Made by a program: the position numbers and the translations under genes
Notes under the pieces: generated by a model
The model's database searches: none
Told to the model about the DNA's origin: nothing
What the model saw: the letters and a program-made list of their open reading frames with translations, nothing else
Shown here: piece by piece, positions 33,748 through 43,619 of the stretch
Position numbering within the stretch: position 1 is the stretch's first letter
How the letters are laid out: each line of letters begins with the position of its first letter
Assembly (NCBI GenBank): GCA_963770565.1
Contig: CAVYQE010000002.1
Span: forward strand, 384,001-448,000
Direction of reading: 5' to 3'
Length of the DNA: 64,000 nucleotides
Origin: an uncultured Actinomycetota bacterium
GTDB taxonomy: Bacteria; Actinomycetota; Actinomycetes; JAFAQI01

Positions 33748-34503
33748 ATGCACGCCAGCCTTCAGAAGCCCGGTCGGATACCCGGGGTGTTGTTCATCCT
33801 TACCTTCGTCTTCTCCATCCCGACGTTGTGGTTCTACGCGCCGGTGCTCGACCACCACAGCTACATCCTGGGCGCGGGCCAGGACACCCGGGTCGCGATC
33901 GGCGCGTTGTTCGATGCGCTCACCGGGATCGCCGGAATCGCCACGGCCGTCACCTTCTACCCGGTGCTGAAGCGGCAGAGCCAGCCCTTGGCGCTCGGCT
34001 ACGTGGCCAGTCGGACCGTCGAGACAGCAACGATCGTCATCGGCCTCATCAGTTTGATGGCTGTCGTGAGACTGCGGCAGGACCTGGCCGGGGGCGGCGC
34101 CGACGCCGCGTCGGCCGTCATCGCCGGTCGGTCGCTGGTAGCGGTCTACCACGGAGCGTTCCTGCTGGGACCGTCCTTCTGCGCCGGTATCGGCAACGGC
34201 ATGCTTCTCGGCTACCTGCTGTACCGGACCGGTCTGGTGCCTCGTCGGATGGCGATGATCGGTCTCATCGGTGGCCCGCTTGCCTTCCTCGCTGCCACTC
34301 TGACCTTGCTCGGCGTGTACGACCAGAACTCGGCCGCGCAAAACCTGCTGACCATCCCTGAAATCGTCTGGGAAGCAGCGCTGGGCATCTACCTGACCGT
34401 GAATGGCTACCGACCGTCAGCACTCCTCGGCGAAACCAAGCGTGGGACCGATGCTCCCGATGAGTCGTCACCGGCTGTCGCTACACCGGCCGTGAGTGTC
34501 TGA
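33748..34503 (+). CDS. DUF4386 family membrane protein
   Basis: GVLFILTFVFSI, ALGYVASRTVE, GLVPRRMA.IGLIG, WEAALGIYL. Confidence 0.82.
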   Translation: MHASLQKPGRIPGVLFILTFVFSIPTLWFYAPVLDHHSYILGAGQDTRVAIGALFDALTGIAGIATAVTFYPVLKRQSQPLALGYVASRTVETATIVIGLISLMAVVRLRQDLAGGGADAASAVIAGRSLVAVYHGAFLLGPSFCAGIGNGMLLGYLLYRTGLVPRRMAMIGLIGGPLAFLAATLTLLGVYDQNSAAQNLLTIPEIVWEAALGIYLTVNGYRPSALLGETKRGTDAPDESSPAVATPAVSV

Positions 34504-34515
34504 TTCGGGTACGTC

Positions 34516-34585
34516 GACCGACTGATCGGTTCGTGCAGAGCTAGGTACCGCGGGCGGTAGCTGATGATGCACGAACCGTTCGGTC
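34516..34585. repeat. Long imperfect hairpin (REP-like element or terminator)
   Basis: Nested stems GACCGA/TCGGTC, CGGTTCGTGCA/TGCACGAACCG and TACCGC/GCGGTA. Confidence 0.65.
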
Positions 34586-34663
34586 ACTACCGATTGAAAT
34601 CGCTTAGGTAACACCATGGTTGCGACTGAGCCGACCGCCGTCTCCGGGTGTCAGGATTCCAGC

Positions 34664-35176
34664 GTGAACGAGCGGACGGCCCGCCGGCTCGTCGGTGCGG
34701 TCGCCCTGAGCGCGGCGCTTGCCGGTTGTTCCTCGTCCGGCTCATCGCCAGCAGGTACAGCACCGAGCGGTACGGCGTCAGCCGCTGCGGCAGATCCTCT
34801 TCAGGCGTACCTCGACGCGGTCAACGCGCTCTGCGACGCGCTACTGCCCAAGATCGTCACAGTGACGCACGGGGGCAGCATCGACGTACCGGCGCGCGAA
34901 TACCTCGTGACCTGGCCTGCCCACAAACGCCTGCTCGACGGATTCGACACGCATGTGGCCACCATTCCCGTCCCGACCGCCGCTCAGGGCAAGGCCGCCG
35001 CGTTGACCGCCTACGTTCGCTTCGCTGATCGGCTCGATGCTGCCCGATTGGCCGCCGCAAGGAAGGGTCAGGCCGCCTACGCCAAGGAGGTGCGGTCCGA
35101 GTCCGGCGTCGACAATGATCCGACCATCGCCGCACTCGCGGCCGCCGGCTTCAACGACTCCTGCACCGCGCGGTGA
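34664..35176 (+). CDS. Hypothetical lipoprotein
   Basis: Lipobox LAGC, S/A linker, helical domain with two further Cys. Confidence 0.72.
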   Translation: MNERTARRLVGAVALSAALAGCSSSGSSPAGTAPSGTASAAAADPLQAYLDAVNALCDALLPKIVTVTHGGSIDVPAREYLVTWPAHKRLLDGFDTHVATIPVPTAAQGKAAALTAYVRFADRLDAARLAAARKGQAAYAKEVRSESGVDNDPTIAALAAAGFNDSCTAR

Positions 35177-35316
35177 ACCACGGCGGCCGCGGCCGCCGCC
35201 GGACCGAACTCCGGCTCGACGATGAGCGCCGCGCGCGCGACGAAGTGCTCGTCGGGCGGTGGGAGCTCGTGCCGGATGCCGCGACCAGGAAGGACGAGAC
35301 CCGGTTATTGTGCAGC

Positions 35317-35841
35317 GTGGCCTACACCATCGACGGTGCGCGTCAGGTGCTGAGCAGGACCCCGGACACGCTGACGTCGCTGCTCGCGACGATCAGCGAC
35401 GAGTGGCTCTACACCAGTGAGGCACCAGGCGCGTGGTCGCCGTACGAAGTCTGCGGACACCTGCTCCACATCGAGCAGACGGACTGGATGGACCGGACCC
35501 GCATCATCTTGACCCACGGCGACGACCACCCGTTCGAGCCCGTAGACCGAGAGGCTGGCTTTGCCCGCTTCGCCGGATGGTCGGTCACGGAGTTGGTGAC
35601 CGCGTTCACCGATGCCCGGCAGTCGAATCTGGATGAGCTTGACCGGCTGGTCACACCGCAGGACCTCCTACGACAAGGACAGCACCCGGAGTTCGGCGCG
35701 GTCACGCTGAGCCAGTTGCTCGCGACCTGGGTCGTACACGACCTCAACCATCTGCATCAAGCGGTGAAGACGATGGCGAAGCACTACACCGACGCGGTCG
35801 GTCCTTGGCGCGCCTACCTGGCAATCCTCGACCTGCCGTAG
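35317..35841 (+). CDS. DinB family protein
   Basis: WSPYEVCGHL..E.TDW, HPEFG.VTLSQLLATWVVHDLNHLHQ. Confidence 0.88.
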   Translation: MAYTIDGARQVLSRTPDTLTSLLATISDEWLYTSEAPGAWSPYEVCGHLLHIEQTDWMDRTRIILTHGDDHPFEPVDREAGFARFAGWSVTELVTAFTDARQSNLDELDRLVTPQDLLRQGQHPEFGAVTLSQLLATWVVHDLNHLHQAVKTMAKHYTDAVGPWRAYLAILDLP

Positions 35842-35931
35842 AAGCGATCCCGCCGTGGCGTGGCGAACCAGAGCAGATCTCGCCCGACACCTCACCAAGA
35901 GTTCGAGTAAGCATCACGATGGTCCTCGGAG

Positions 35932-36004
35932 TGGAGCTGAGGGGACTCGAACCCCTGACCCCCTCGTTGCGAACGAGGTGCGCTACCAGCTGCGCTACAG
36001 CCCC
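35932..36004 (-). tRNA. tRNA-Ala (CGC)
   Basis: GGGGCTGTAGCGCAGCTGGTAGCGCACCTCGTTCGCAACGAGGGGGTCAGGGGTTCGAGTCCCCTCAGCTCCA; G3:U70 identity pair. Confidence 0.97.
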
Positions 36005-36055
36005 AGAGCGGCCGAGTTTAGCCGACCCGATCGCTGCCGAACGCGGCTGAGAACG

Positions 36056-37210
36056 TCAGTCGTTGACGGCCCAGCGCCGGTCGAGGATCTCTTCCAGGTC
36101 GTCGGCCGGGTCGAGCTCGGCCGGGGTCTCGGAGGGCGGAAGGAGCGGTTCGAAGATCGGCGGCCGGGGCCGGCGAGGCGGTGCGGTCGGCTTGGTGACG
36201 TACGTCGGAGGCGGCACCGGCACCGGCTCCCAGGGCGCGCCGCCGATCTCGAGTTGCGGCTCCTCGTCGAGCGCGGCGACGTCAGCGGCCGTGACATCGA
36301 GGAAGGCGTCGTCGTCGATCGGCGGGTACGACGCGGTCTCGTGCCGGTCGACCTCCAGCTCGGCGGTCTGGTCGAAGATCGCGTCTGCGGCCGCCCGGCG
36401 CGGCTCGCTCCGCTCGACCGGGGCGTACCCAGGAGCCATTTCCTCGGGCTCGACCCGGCCGGACTCCATCACCTCTGGGGCGGTCTGGTCGAACAGCACC
36501 TCCCGGCGGCCCATCGGCGGGGCAATCCGGACCGACTCGACCGGCTCCCGGGCCTCCGCCGCGACGACCGCGTCCAGCGTCGACTCGAGCTCACGCTCGG
36601 CCACCCGGGCCGGACGGGGCGCTGCGGCCGGCCGTTGCCTGGCTGCCGGTCGCTGCGCCTGCCGTCGCGCCGGCGCGCGGCGGGCCGGCCGCGACTGCTG
36701 CGTACGGCGGGCGGACGCGGGCCGGCTCGACCGGGCGGGGGCGGCGTGGCGAGCCTGCGTGACCAGCTGGGCGACAAACGCGACAAAAACGGCGTCAACC
36801 GCGAACTGAAGCACCCAAAGGCCCAGTCCGCCGATCTCGAACCCCGCCACGAGCGTGATCGCCACCAGCGCGAGCAGGCCGAGCAGGGTCCGGCGCCGGC
36901 GGGTGGCTCCCGAAACCGGGCGGTGGCCGGCCCTGGCCTTGGCCTTGGCCCGACGAGCGGCGAGTGCCGCGACCCGGCTTCGGCGCTCGGCCGAGGCGCC
37001 GGAGACGTGCACGTCGACTGAGCGGCTTCGATGGGGCATCACGACGTACCTCCGGTCGGCCGCGGCCTCGCGACGGGACAGCGTGTGCATGGCACTGGTG
37101 AACCGCTCGACGGAGCGCGATTCCTCGGTTTCGTCGTGCCGGCGGAGCCACATCGGGATCAACACCACAGCCCACATCACCACAAGTCCCAGCAGGATTA
37201 CGGGACTCAC
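36056..37210 (-). CDS. Divisome protein SepX/GlpR family
   Basis: WAVVLIPMWL..RFTSAM, RRRR.L, C-terminal WEPVPVPPPTYVTKP..RWAV; synteny rimJ-X-tRNA-Ala. Confidence 0.8.
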   Translation of the reverse strand: MSPVILLGLVVMWAVVLIPMWLRRHDETEESRSVERFTSAMHTLSRREAAADRRYVVMPHRSRSVDVHVSGASAERRSRVAALAARRAKAKARAGHRPVSGATRRRRTLLGLLALVAITLVAGFEIGGLGLWVLQFAVDAVFVAFVAQLVTQARHAAPARSSRPASARRTQQSRPARRAPARRQAQRPAARQRPAAAPRPARVAERELESTLDAVVAAEAREPVESVRIAPPMGRREVLFDQTAPEVMESGRVEPEEMAPGYAPVERSEPRRAAADAIFDQTAELEVDRHETASYPPIDDDAFLDVTAADVAALDEEPQLEIGGAPWEPVPVPPPTYVTKPTAPPRRPRPPIFEPLLPPSETPAELDPADDLEEILDRRWAVND

Positions 37211-37281
37211 GATCGGGCCTGCCGACGGTTGGGATCCATCGCAGAGAAACGCTAACCAGCGTTCGCCCGATGGGCACGCAC

Positions 37282-37932
37282 CTAAGCCGGTGTGTCGCGA
37301 TGTGGCCGAAGCGTCGGTTCCGTCCGTTGCTGCGCTTCATGCCAGCGATTCAGCAGCCCTTGCGGCACATCATCTTTCACCAATGCGAACGTCAGATGGT
37401 CCCGCCAGTCGCCGTCTATGTGCAGGAACCGCTCGCGGACGCCCTCGCTGCGGAAGCCGAGCTTCTCGACCACGCGCTTGCTCGCGACGTTCTCGGGCCG
37501 GATGTTGACCTCGATCCGGTGCAGCCCGACCACCCGGAAGCTGTGGTCGACGGCGAGCGCCACCGCGGTCGGCATCACGCCTCGGCCGGCAAAGTTCTGG
37601 TCGATCCAGTACCCGATGTGGGCGGACTCCATCGACCCTCGTACGACGCCGGCCACGTTGACCTGTCCGGCGAACTCTCCCCCGACCTCGATCACGAACG
37701 GCAACGCCAAACCGCGTCGAGCGTCGGTCCGCAGCCGGCGGGTCATCGTTGTGAATACGGCCGACGACGCCCCGAACCCACTCGGACCGGCCGGCGGGGT
37801 GGCCTCCCAGCGCCGCAACCACTCGACGTTGCGGCGCCGTGACTCGATCCACTCCGAGCTGTCCCGCATCCGCAACGGGCGCAAGGTGACCTCGCCGTCG
37901 CGCAGCACCGCCGGCCACCCCGGAGCGCTCAC
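37282..37932 (-). CDS. rimJ: RimJ/RimL family GNAT acetyltransferase
   Basis: GYWID, GRGVMP, GLHRIEVNIRPEN.AS..VVEKLGF, IDGDWRDH. Confidence 0.9.
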   Translation of the reverse strand: MSAPGWPAVLRDGEVTLRPLRMRDSSEWIESRRRNVEWLRRWEATPPAGPSGFGASSAVFTTMTRRLRTDARRGLALPFVIEVGGEFAGQVNVAGVVRGSMESAHIGYWIDQNFAGRGVMPTAVALAVDHSFRVVGLHRIEVNIRPENVASKRVVEKLGFRSEGVRERFLHIDGDWRDHLTFALVKDDVPQGLLNRWHEAQQRTEPTLRPHRDTPA

Positions 37933-37948
37933 CGCCGACCGCGGATCA

Positions 37949-38449
37949 CTAGTGGTCGCCGCCGCGAAGCTGCGAGATCGCGTGGCCGATGACCGGTGCT
38001 AGCACGGCGACGCCGTCCTTCACCCCGCCGGGCGAGCCCGGCAGGTTGACCACCAGGGTCGAGCCGGCCAGACCCGCGACCGCGCGCGAGAGGATCGTCG
38101 TCGGCAACTCGTCGCGGCGATATTGCCGCAACGCTTCTGCCAGCCCCGGCACCTCCCGGTCGATCACCCGACGGGTCGCTTCCGGCGTGACGTCACGTGG
38201 CGACAATCCGGTCCCGCCGGTCGTCGCGACTAGGTCGACGCCGTCGCTGATCGCGGCCCGCAGCGCGATCTCGATGATCTCGATTTCGTCAGGCACGACA
38301 ACGACTTCGGCGACCGCGAGGCCGACCTCAGTGAGCAACTCGGCGAGCAACGGGCCCGACGTGTCGTGGCGGTCACCGGTGTGCGAGCGATCGGAAACCG
38401 TGATCACCCGCGCGCGAGCGTCGGCCGGCAACCGATCGGCCGTGGTCAT
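37949..38449 (-). CDS. MogA/MoaB molybdopterin adenylyltransferase
   Basis: ITVSD, TTGGTGLSPRDVTPEA, NLPGS. Confidence 0.93.
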   Translation of the reverse strand: MTTADRLPADARARVITVSDRSHTGDRHDTSGPLLAELLTEVGLAVAEVVVVPDEIEIIEIALRAAISDGVDLVATTGGTGLSPRDVTPEATRRVIDREVPGLAEALRQYRRDELPTTILSRAVAGLAGSTLVVNLPGSPGGVKDGVAVLAPVIGHAISQLRGGDH

Positions 38450-38919
38450 GACGACCGATGCCAGTCGCCGTGCACACCGCCGGTCTTCTCGACGACCTCG
38501 ACGTCGGTGATGCGGGCGTTCTGATCGACGCCCTTCACCATGTCGATCACCGCGAGACCCGCGACCGTGACCGCGGTCAACGCCTCCATCTCGACCCCGG
38601 TGCGATCAGCAGTCCGCACGGTCGCGGTGATCGCAACGCCGTGATCGGTCACGTCGAGATCCACCGTCACCCCGTGCAACGCGATCGGATGACACAGCGG
38701 GATGAGGTCCGGCGTACGTTTCGCCGCCATAATGCCCGCGATCCGGGCGACGCCGAGTGCGTCGCCCTTCGGCAGGCCCTGGCTCCGCAACAGCTCGACC
38801 ACTTCCGCCGACACCTCGACCGCGCCTCGGGCGGTGGCGGTCCGAACGCTGACGTCTTTGCCGGATACGTCCACCATCCGGGCCGCCCCGGACTCGTCGA
38901 TGTGGCTGAAGCCGCTCAT
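38446..38919 (-). CDS. moaC: Cyclic pyranopterin monophosphate synthase
   Basis: MVDVSGK, LIPLCH, TGVEMEAL, DMVK, KTGG. Confidence 0.96.
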   Translation of the reverse strand: MSGFSHIDESGAARMVDVSGKDVSVRTATARGAVEVSAEVVELLRSQGLPKGDALGVARIAGIMAAKRTPDLIPLCHPIALHGVTVDLDVTDHGVAITATVRTADRTGVEMEALTAVTVAGLAVIDMVKGVDQNARITDVEVVEKTGGVHGDWHRSS

Positions 38920-38926
38920 CGCGACG

Positions 38927-40159
38927 TCACTGCTGCCGCCGCTCGAGCATCATCACCGTGACGGCCGCACCGGCATCCACCTCGGTCGAAGCCTCCGGTA
39001 CCACGATCAGCGCATTCGAGGCGGCAAGTGAGGCGATCAGGTGCGACCCGCTGCCACCGACCGGACGCACCGTGTAGGCGCCCTGCTCCACCGACAACCA
39101 GGCGCGAAGGTACGAGCGGCGGCCCGGCGGCGAGCGCAGCGGCTCGCTGACCCGCGCCCGGATCATTGGCCGGGAGATCGGCTCCACCCCGAGCATCCGG
39201 CGCAGCGCCGGCCGCACGAAGACCTCGAACGACACGTACGAGCTCACCGGGTTGCCCGGCAGTCCGAAGAACGGGATCTTCTCCGGCCCGATCGTGCCGA
39301 AGCCCTGCGGCATCCCCGGCTGCATCGCGATCCGGTCGAACTGCACCGTGCCGACCCGGCTCAGCACTTCCTTCACGACGTCGTAGGCACCGACGCTGAC
39401 CCCGCCGCTGGTCACGACGACATCGGCGCGGATCAACTGATCCTCGAGCGTGTCGGCCAGCAGCCGGGGGTCGTCAGGCACGATCCCGACCCGATAGGCA
39501 ATGGCGCCCGCCTCGAGTGCGGCCGCGGTGAGCAACGCGCTGTTCGAATCGGGGATCTGGCCGCGGCTCAGCGGTTGTCCGGGTTCGACCAGCTCGCTGC
39601 CGGTCGAGAGCACCACTACCCGGGGCCGCGGCCTGACGACGACCCGGTCGCGGCCGACCGCGGCGAGCAGACCGAGCTGGGTCGCGCCGAGGTGCGTGCC
39701 GGCGGCGAGCACCAAGGTGCCCGGCTGCGCATCCTCGCCGGCCAGCCGCACGCAGCTTCCGGTCGCCGGCGCGGCCCTGATCGCGACCTGGGCGAGCCCG
39801 CCGTCGGTGTCCTCGAGCGGAACAACGGTGTCTGCACCCGGCGGCATCGGCGCGCCGGTCATGATCCGCACGCACAACCCGGGTTGCACCGTGTACGGCG
39901 AGGTGCTACCGGCCGCGACGTCACCGACGACCGGCAGGACCACCGGGTTCGACTCACTGGCCTGCGTGAGATCAACCGCGCGTACGGCGTACCCGTCCAT
40001 GGCCGAGTTGTCGAACGGCGGCAACGGAAACGTCGAGGTGACGTCTTCGACTAGCACGCAGCCGTGCGCGTCGGGCAGGGTCAGATCGAGACCGCCGAGC
40101 GGCCTGACGACCGCCATGATCTCGTCGAGGTGCTCGTCAACCGACTTCATCGTGGTCAT
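38927..40159 (-). CDS. moeA: Molybdopterin molybdotransferase
   Basis: FDNSAMDGYA, IMTGAP, STGSEL, SGGVSVG, LPGNPVS. Confidence 0.95.
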   Translation of the reverse strand: MTTMKSVDEHLDEIMAVVRPLGGLDLTLPDAHGCVLVEDVTSTFPLPPFDNSAMDGYAVRAVDLTQASESNPVVLPVVGDVAAGSTSPYTVQPGLCVRIMTGAPMPPGADTVVPLEDTDGGLAQVAIRAAPATGSCVRLAGEDAQPGTLVLAAGTHLGATQLGLLAAVGRDRVVVRPRPRVVVLSTGSELVEPGQPLSRGQIPDSNSALLTAAALEAGAIAYRVGIVPDDPRLLADTLEDQLIRADVVVTSGGVSVGAYDVVKEVLSRVGTVQFDRIAMQPGMPQGFGTIGPEKIPFFGLPGNPVSSYVSFEVFVRPALRRMLGVEPISRPMIRARVSEPLRSPPGRRSYLRAWLSVEQGAYTVRPVGGSGSHLIASLAASNALIVVPEASTEVDAGAAVTVMMLERRQQ

Positions 40160-40169
40160 GCGCGACCGC

Positions 40170-41099
40170 TCATGGTTGCAGCGGCTCGACCGGATCGCCC
40201 AAGGGCAGCCGCTCGGCAACGAAATCTCCGAGCCACTTCCGGAACTCCGGACCGAGATCGGCGCGATCGCACGCGAGCTGGACGATCGCCTTGAGGTAGT
40301 CCGCCTTGTCGCCGGTGTCATAGCGTCGGCCGCGGAAGATCACGCCGTGCACCGGCCCACCGTCGCCAGGGCGATCGGTGAGTGCCTCGATGGCGTCGGT
40401 GAGCTGGATCTCGTTGCCGCGCCCCGGCTTCGTTTCACGGATGACGTCGAAGATCTCCGGCGAGAGCACATAGCGGCCGATGATCGCGAGGTTGCTCGGC
40501 GCCTCAGCCGGACTCGGCTTCTCGACCAGCCCGGTGATCCGCACCACATCGGTCTCATCCGTGGCCTCGACCGCCGCGCAGCCGTAGAGGCCGATCTGCT
40601 CGTGCGGCACTTCGAGCAGTGCAACCACGCAGCCGCCGAGCCGGCGCTGCACGTCGATCATCTGGGTGAGCAGGACGTCGCGCTCGTCGATGAGGTCGTC
40701 GCCCAGCAGCACGGCAAAAGGCTGGTTCCCAACATGCTGGGCCGCGCAGAGCACCGCGTGCCCGAGCCCGCGCGCCGAGCCTTGGCGTACGTAGTGCACG
40801 GTCGCCAGCTCGGTGACGCTGCGCACCTGGTCGAGCAGGTCGCGCTTGCCGGCGTCGCCTTCGAGCCGGTCCTCGAGCTCGTAGTGCCGATCGAAGTGGT
40901 CCTCGATCGGCGTCTTGTTGCGGCCGGTGACCATCAGCACGTCATCAAGTCCGGCCCGCACCGCCTCTTCGACGACGTACTGGATGGCGGGCTTGTCGAC
41001 GACGGGCAGCATCTCCTTCGGCGTCGCCTTGGTGGCCGGCAGGAACCGGGTCCCCAGCCCCGCCACCGTCACAACCGCCTTCGTCACGCCGGTGGTCAT
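40170..41099 (-). CDS. galU: UTP--glucose-1-phosphate uridylyltransferase
   Basis: AGLGTRFLPATKATPKEMLP, GLGHAV, VEKP, EIQLTDA. Confidence 0.96.
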   Translation of the reverse strand: MTTGVTKAVVTVAGLGTRFLPATKATPKEMLPVVDKPAIQYVVEEAVRAGLDDVLMVTGRNKTPIEDHFDRHYELEDRLEGDAGKRDLLDQVRSVTELATVHYVRQGSARGLGHAVLCAAQHVGNQPFAVLLGDDLIDERDVLLTQMIDVQRRLGGCVVALLEVPHEQIGLYGCAAVEATDETDVVRITGLVEKPSPAEAPSNLAIIGRYVLSPEIFDVIRETKPGRGNEIQLTDAIEALTDRPGDGGPVHGVIFRGRRYDTGDKADYLKAIVQLACDRADLGPEFRKWLGDFVAERLPLGDPVEPLQP

Positions 41100-41156
41100 A
41101 GGCCAACCCTAGTGTCCGCTTGCATCCCAGGCCGCTCGTGACGGCAGACTGCTCGC

Positions 41157-41726
41157 GTGACCGGCGAGGCGAGGACCCGGAAGGACGCCCTACGGGCAAT
41201 GATCCTGGCCGCCCGCCAAGGCATGGCGCCGAGCGATCGGGCGGGGGCCGAGGAGGCCATCGCGGCGCACGGTCTCACCGCTTGGCGCGACCTGCAGACG
41301 GTCGCGGCGTACCTGTCGTTCGGCACCGAGCCGCCGACCGTCGCGTTGCTCGATCAGCTGACGTCCCACGACGTGCGAATCCTGCTCCCCGTCATCGACG
41401 GCGATCGACTCGACTGGGCGGTGTACGCCGGCACCGACTCGGTCGCGGTCGGGCCGCTCGGGATCCGCGAGCCGGCCGGCGAACGGCTCGGCGTCGGTGC
41501 ACTCGCGAGCGCCGATGTCGTGGTGGTGCCGGCACTTGCGGTCGACGCTCATGGCAACCGGCTCGGCCGAGGCCGTGGCTACTACGACCGGGCGCTGGCC
41601 GAGGTGTCCGCAACCGTGGTCGCAGTGATCTACGACGAGGAGCTGATCGACGACGTGCCGACCGAGACCCATGACCGTCGGGTCGATGCGATCCTGCGGC
41701 CGGCCGGTCTCAGCCGTTCCAGCTAG
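41157..41726 (+). CDS. 5-formyltetrahydrofolate cyclo-ligase
   Basis: EPPT, VPALAVD..G.RLGRGRGYYDR, HDRRVD. Confidence 0.94.
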   Translation: MTGEARTRKDALRAMILAARQGMAPSDRAGAEEAIAAHGLTAWRDLQTVAAYLSFGTEPPTVALLDQLTSHDVRILLPVIDGDRLDWAVYAGTDSVAVGPLGIREPAGERLGVGALASADVVVVPALAVDAHGNRLGRGRGYYDRALAEVSATVVAVIYDEELIDDVPTETHDRRVDAILRPAGLSRSS

Positions 41727-43137
41727 ACGACGACCCGCTCTTGTTGCCGCTGTGCTTCTTCGAGTGGTGGGAGTGCTTACCCGCGTGGTGGGCGGTGTGC
41801 TTCTTCGGCCCGAACCCTGGCTCGAAGGTCCGCGGCATGCCCGGGTGCAACGCCAGCGCAGCCGCACTCGGCGCGGCACCTCCGGCCAGCCACTTCTTCC
41901 ACGTCATGTTCCAGTCCGCGGTGCCCGGGTCGGTCGCGCTCGGCGGCCGCGGGCCGGCGTACACGTCCACGACGTCGCCACGAAGTGCCCAGTTGTAGAA
42001 CCACTGCGCGTTCGTCGGGCTGAGGTTCACGCAACCATGCGAGACGTTGATGTGACCCTGATCGGCGACCGACCAGGGCGCGGCGTGGACGAACTCGCCA
42101 CCGTCGGAGATTCGGACGTCCCAGTAGACCGTCTCGTTGTAGTAGTCCGGATTGCCCTTCGGGATGCCGACCGTGGCCGAGTCCATCTGGACGACCGCGG
42201 ACTTCTCGATCGCGATGTGGACGCCGTCCATGGTCGGCAGGCTGGCGCGACCGGTGCTGACCGGGAAGGTCTTGATCAGCGTGCCGTTGTCGTAGACGCG
42301 CATCTCGTGGGTCGCGATGTCGACCTCGCTGATGTGCGACGGTCCGATCTTGAACGACGTGTGGTGCCGTCCAGCGGCGCCCCAGACCCCGTGCCCGAAG
42401 TTGACGTCCTGAAGGTCACTCGAGATCTCGACCTTGGTCCCGGTCTTCCAGTACGACGGTGGGCGCCAGTGCACCTCCTGGTCGCTCATCCAGTGCCACG
42501 CGCCGACGACGGCGGGCGTCGCCTTGACGGTCAATCCGGCCTCGACCTCCGCGCGTTTCGAGTCGGGGATCGGGCGATCGAAGGTCACCACGATCGGCGA
42601 CCCGACGCCGACGGTGTCACCGCCGCCCGGTGACAGCAGTGCGTTGACGTGCTGCTTGGCGGCCGGAGTTGAGATCCGCAGGGTCCGCTGGATGGTCTTG
42701 TGCGCCAGGTCGAGGTAGCTCACGTTTGCGCGCAGATCGAGCGACGGCGCCAACGGCTCGCTGCTCTGCCACTTCGTCCGGGTCTTGTTGAAGGTGCCGT
42801 CGATCGCACCCTCGCCCGGCTGGTGGATCGAGACCGAGCTGAGCACCCCGTTGACCACGACCAGGCGGAGCAGCTTCGCATAGTGCAGTCGGCCGTGGTG
42901 CAGGTGCTCGACATGCAGCACGGCGACCGGAAGCTCGCCCTTGCCGGCCGCCTTGATCTTCTGGTGCTGATGCGACGAACCTGAGGCGTTGAGGGTAATG
43001 ACGGCGACGCCTACTCCAGCGAGAACGACCACCGCCGCAATGGCCGCAAGGACGCCTCGCGGGACGTGACGCGAAACGTTGATCACAATGACCGCTCTCT
43101 GCAACCTGGGGGCACGTTCATTCTGCCCCGAAGTCAT
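41710..43137 (-). CDS. L,D-transpeptidase (LdtMt2-like; Ig domains plus YkuD) with His-rich segments
   Basis: TVGVGSP, VHWRPP.YW, PVSTG, FVHAAPWS...SHGCVNL; N-terminal TM anchor. Confidence 0.92.
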   Translation of the reverse strand: MTSGQNERAPRLQRAVIVINVSRHVPRGVLAAIAAVVVLAGVGVAVITLNASGSSHQHQKIKAAGKGELPVAVLHVEHLHHGRLHYAKLLRLVVVNGVLSSVSIHQPGEGAIDGTFNKTRTKWQSSEPLAPSLDLRANVSYLDLAHKTIQRTLRISTPAAKQHVNALLSPGGGDTVGVGSPIVVTFDRPIPDSKRAEVEAGLTVKATPAVVGAWHWMSDQEVHWRPPSYWKTGTKVEISSDLQDVNFGHGVWGAAGRHHTSFKIGPSHISEVDIATHEMRVYDNGTLIKTFPVSTGRASLPTMDGVHIAIEKSAVVQMDSATVGIPKGNPDYYNETVYWDVRISDGGEFVHAAPWSVADQGHINVSHGCVNLSPTNAQWFYNWALRGDVVDVYAGPRPPSATDPGTADWNMTWKKWLAGGAAPSAAALALHPGMPRTFEPGFGPKKHTAHHAGKHSHHSKKHSGNKSGSSSSWNG

Positions 43138-43619
43138 CCCGTTGACGACCCCGAATCCGCTTTGTTCGGTACTCCATCGGGCGATATGACGTACCAGTTG
43201 AACCCTTGCCCCTGACCATTGACCTCGCCCGCCTTCCGGTCACCGACGTAGTAGTAGAGCGGCCAGTGGTCGTAGGTAACAATTCGGCCACCATCTCCCG
43301 GCATCGTTCCGACCAATGCCTTGTTGACGCCGGGGCCGGCCAAAACGTTGTGTCCGACTCCGACGAACAACGGCGGCCAGGCCTGCTCGCATTCCTCCAC
43401 CCGCGTGCAGGTCACCCGGCGCTGCTGGTCAGGCGGGTACATGTAGAGCGTCCAGCCGTCGGTGACGAGGAACCGCCCGAGGCCGGGCATTGAACGGACG
43501 CTCAGGGTGATCGTGCGGTCCGCCGAGGGGCGGTGGACCCCGGCCGACCCGCCACCGCCGCAGCCGGCGAGCAGCGCCAGCGCGGCGGCGACACCCAGCG
43601 CCACCACCAACCGCCTCAC
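43134..43619 (-). CDS. COG4315 / Lipoprotein_15 repeat lipoprotein
   Basis: Lipobox LAGC; GWTLYMY, C....C..AWPP, VTYDHWPLYYY.GD, GQG..WY. Confidence 0.85.
   Translation of the reverse strand: MRRLVVALGVAAALALLAGCGGGGSAGVHRPSADRTITLSVRSMPGLGRFLVTDGWTLYMYPPDQQRRVTCTRVEECEQAWPPLFVGVGHNVLAGPGVNKALVGTMPGDGGRIVTYDHWPLYYYVGDRKAGEVNGQGQGFNWYVISPDGVPNKADSGSSTG

Noticed and set aside
35805-36050. ORF reading VELRGLEPLTPSLRTRCATSCATAP
   Set aside because: It is the antisense translation of tRNA-Ala, not an independent gene.
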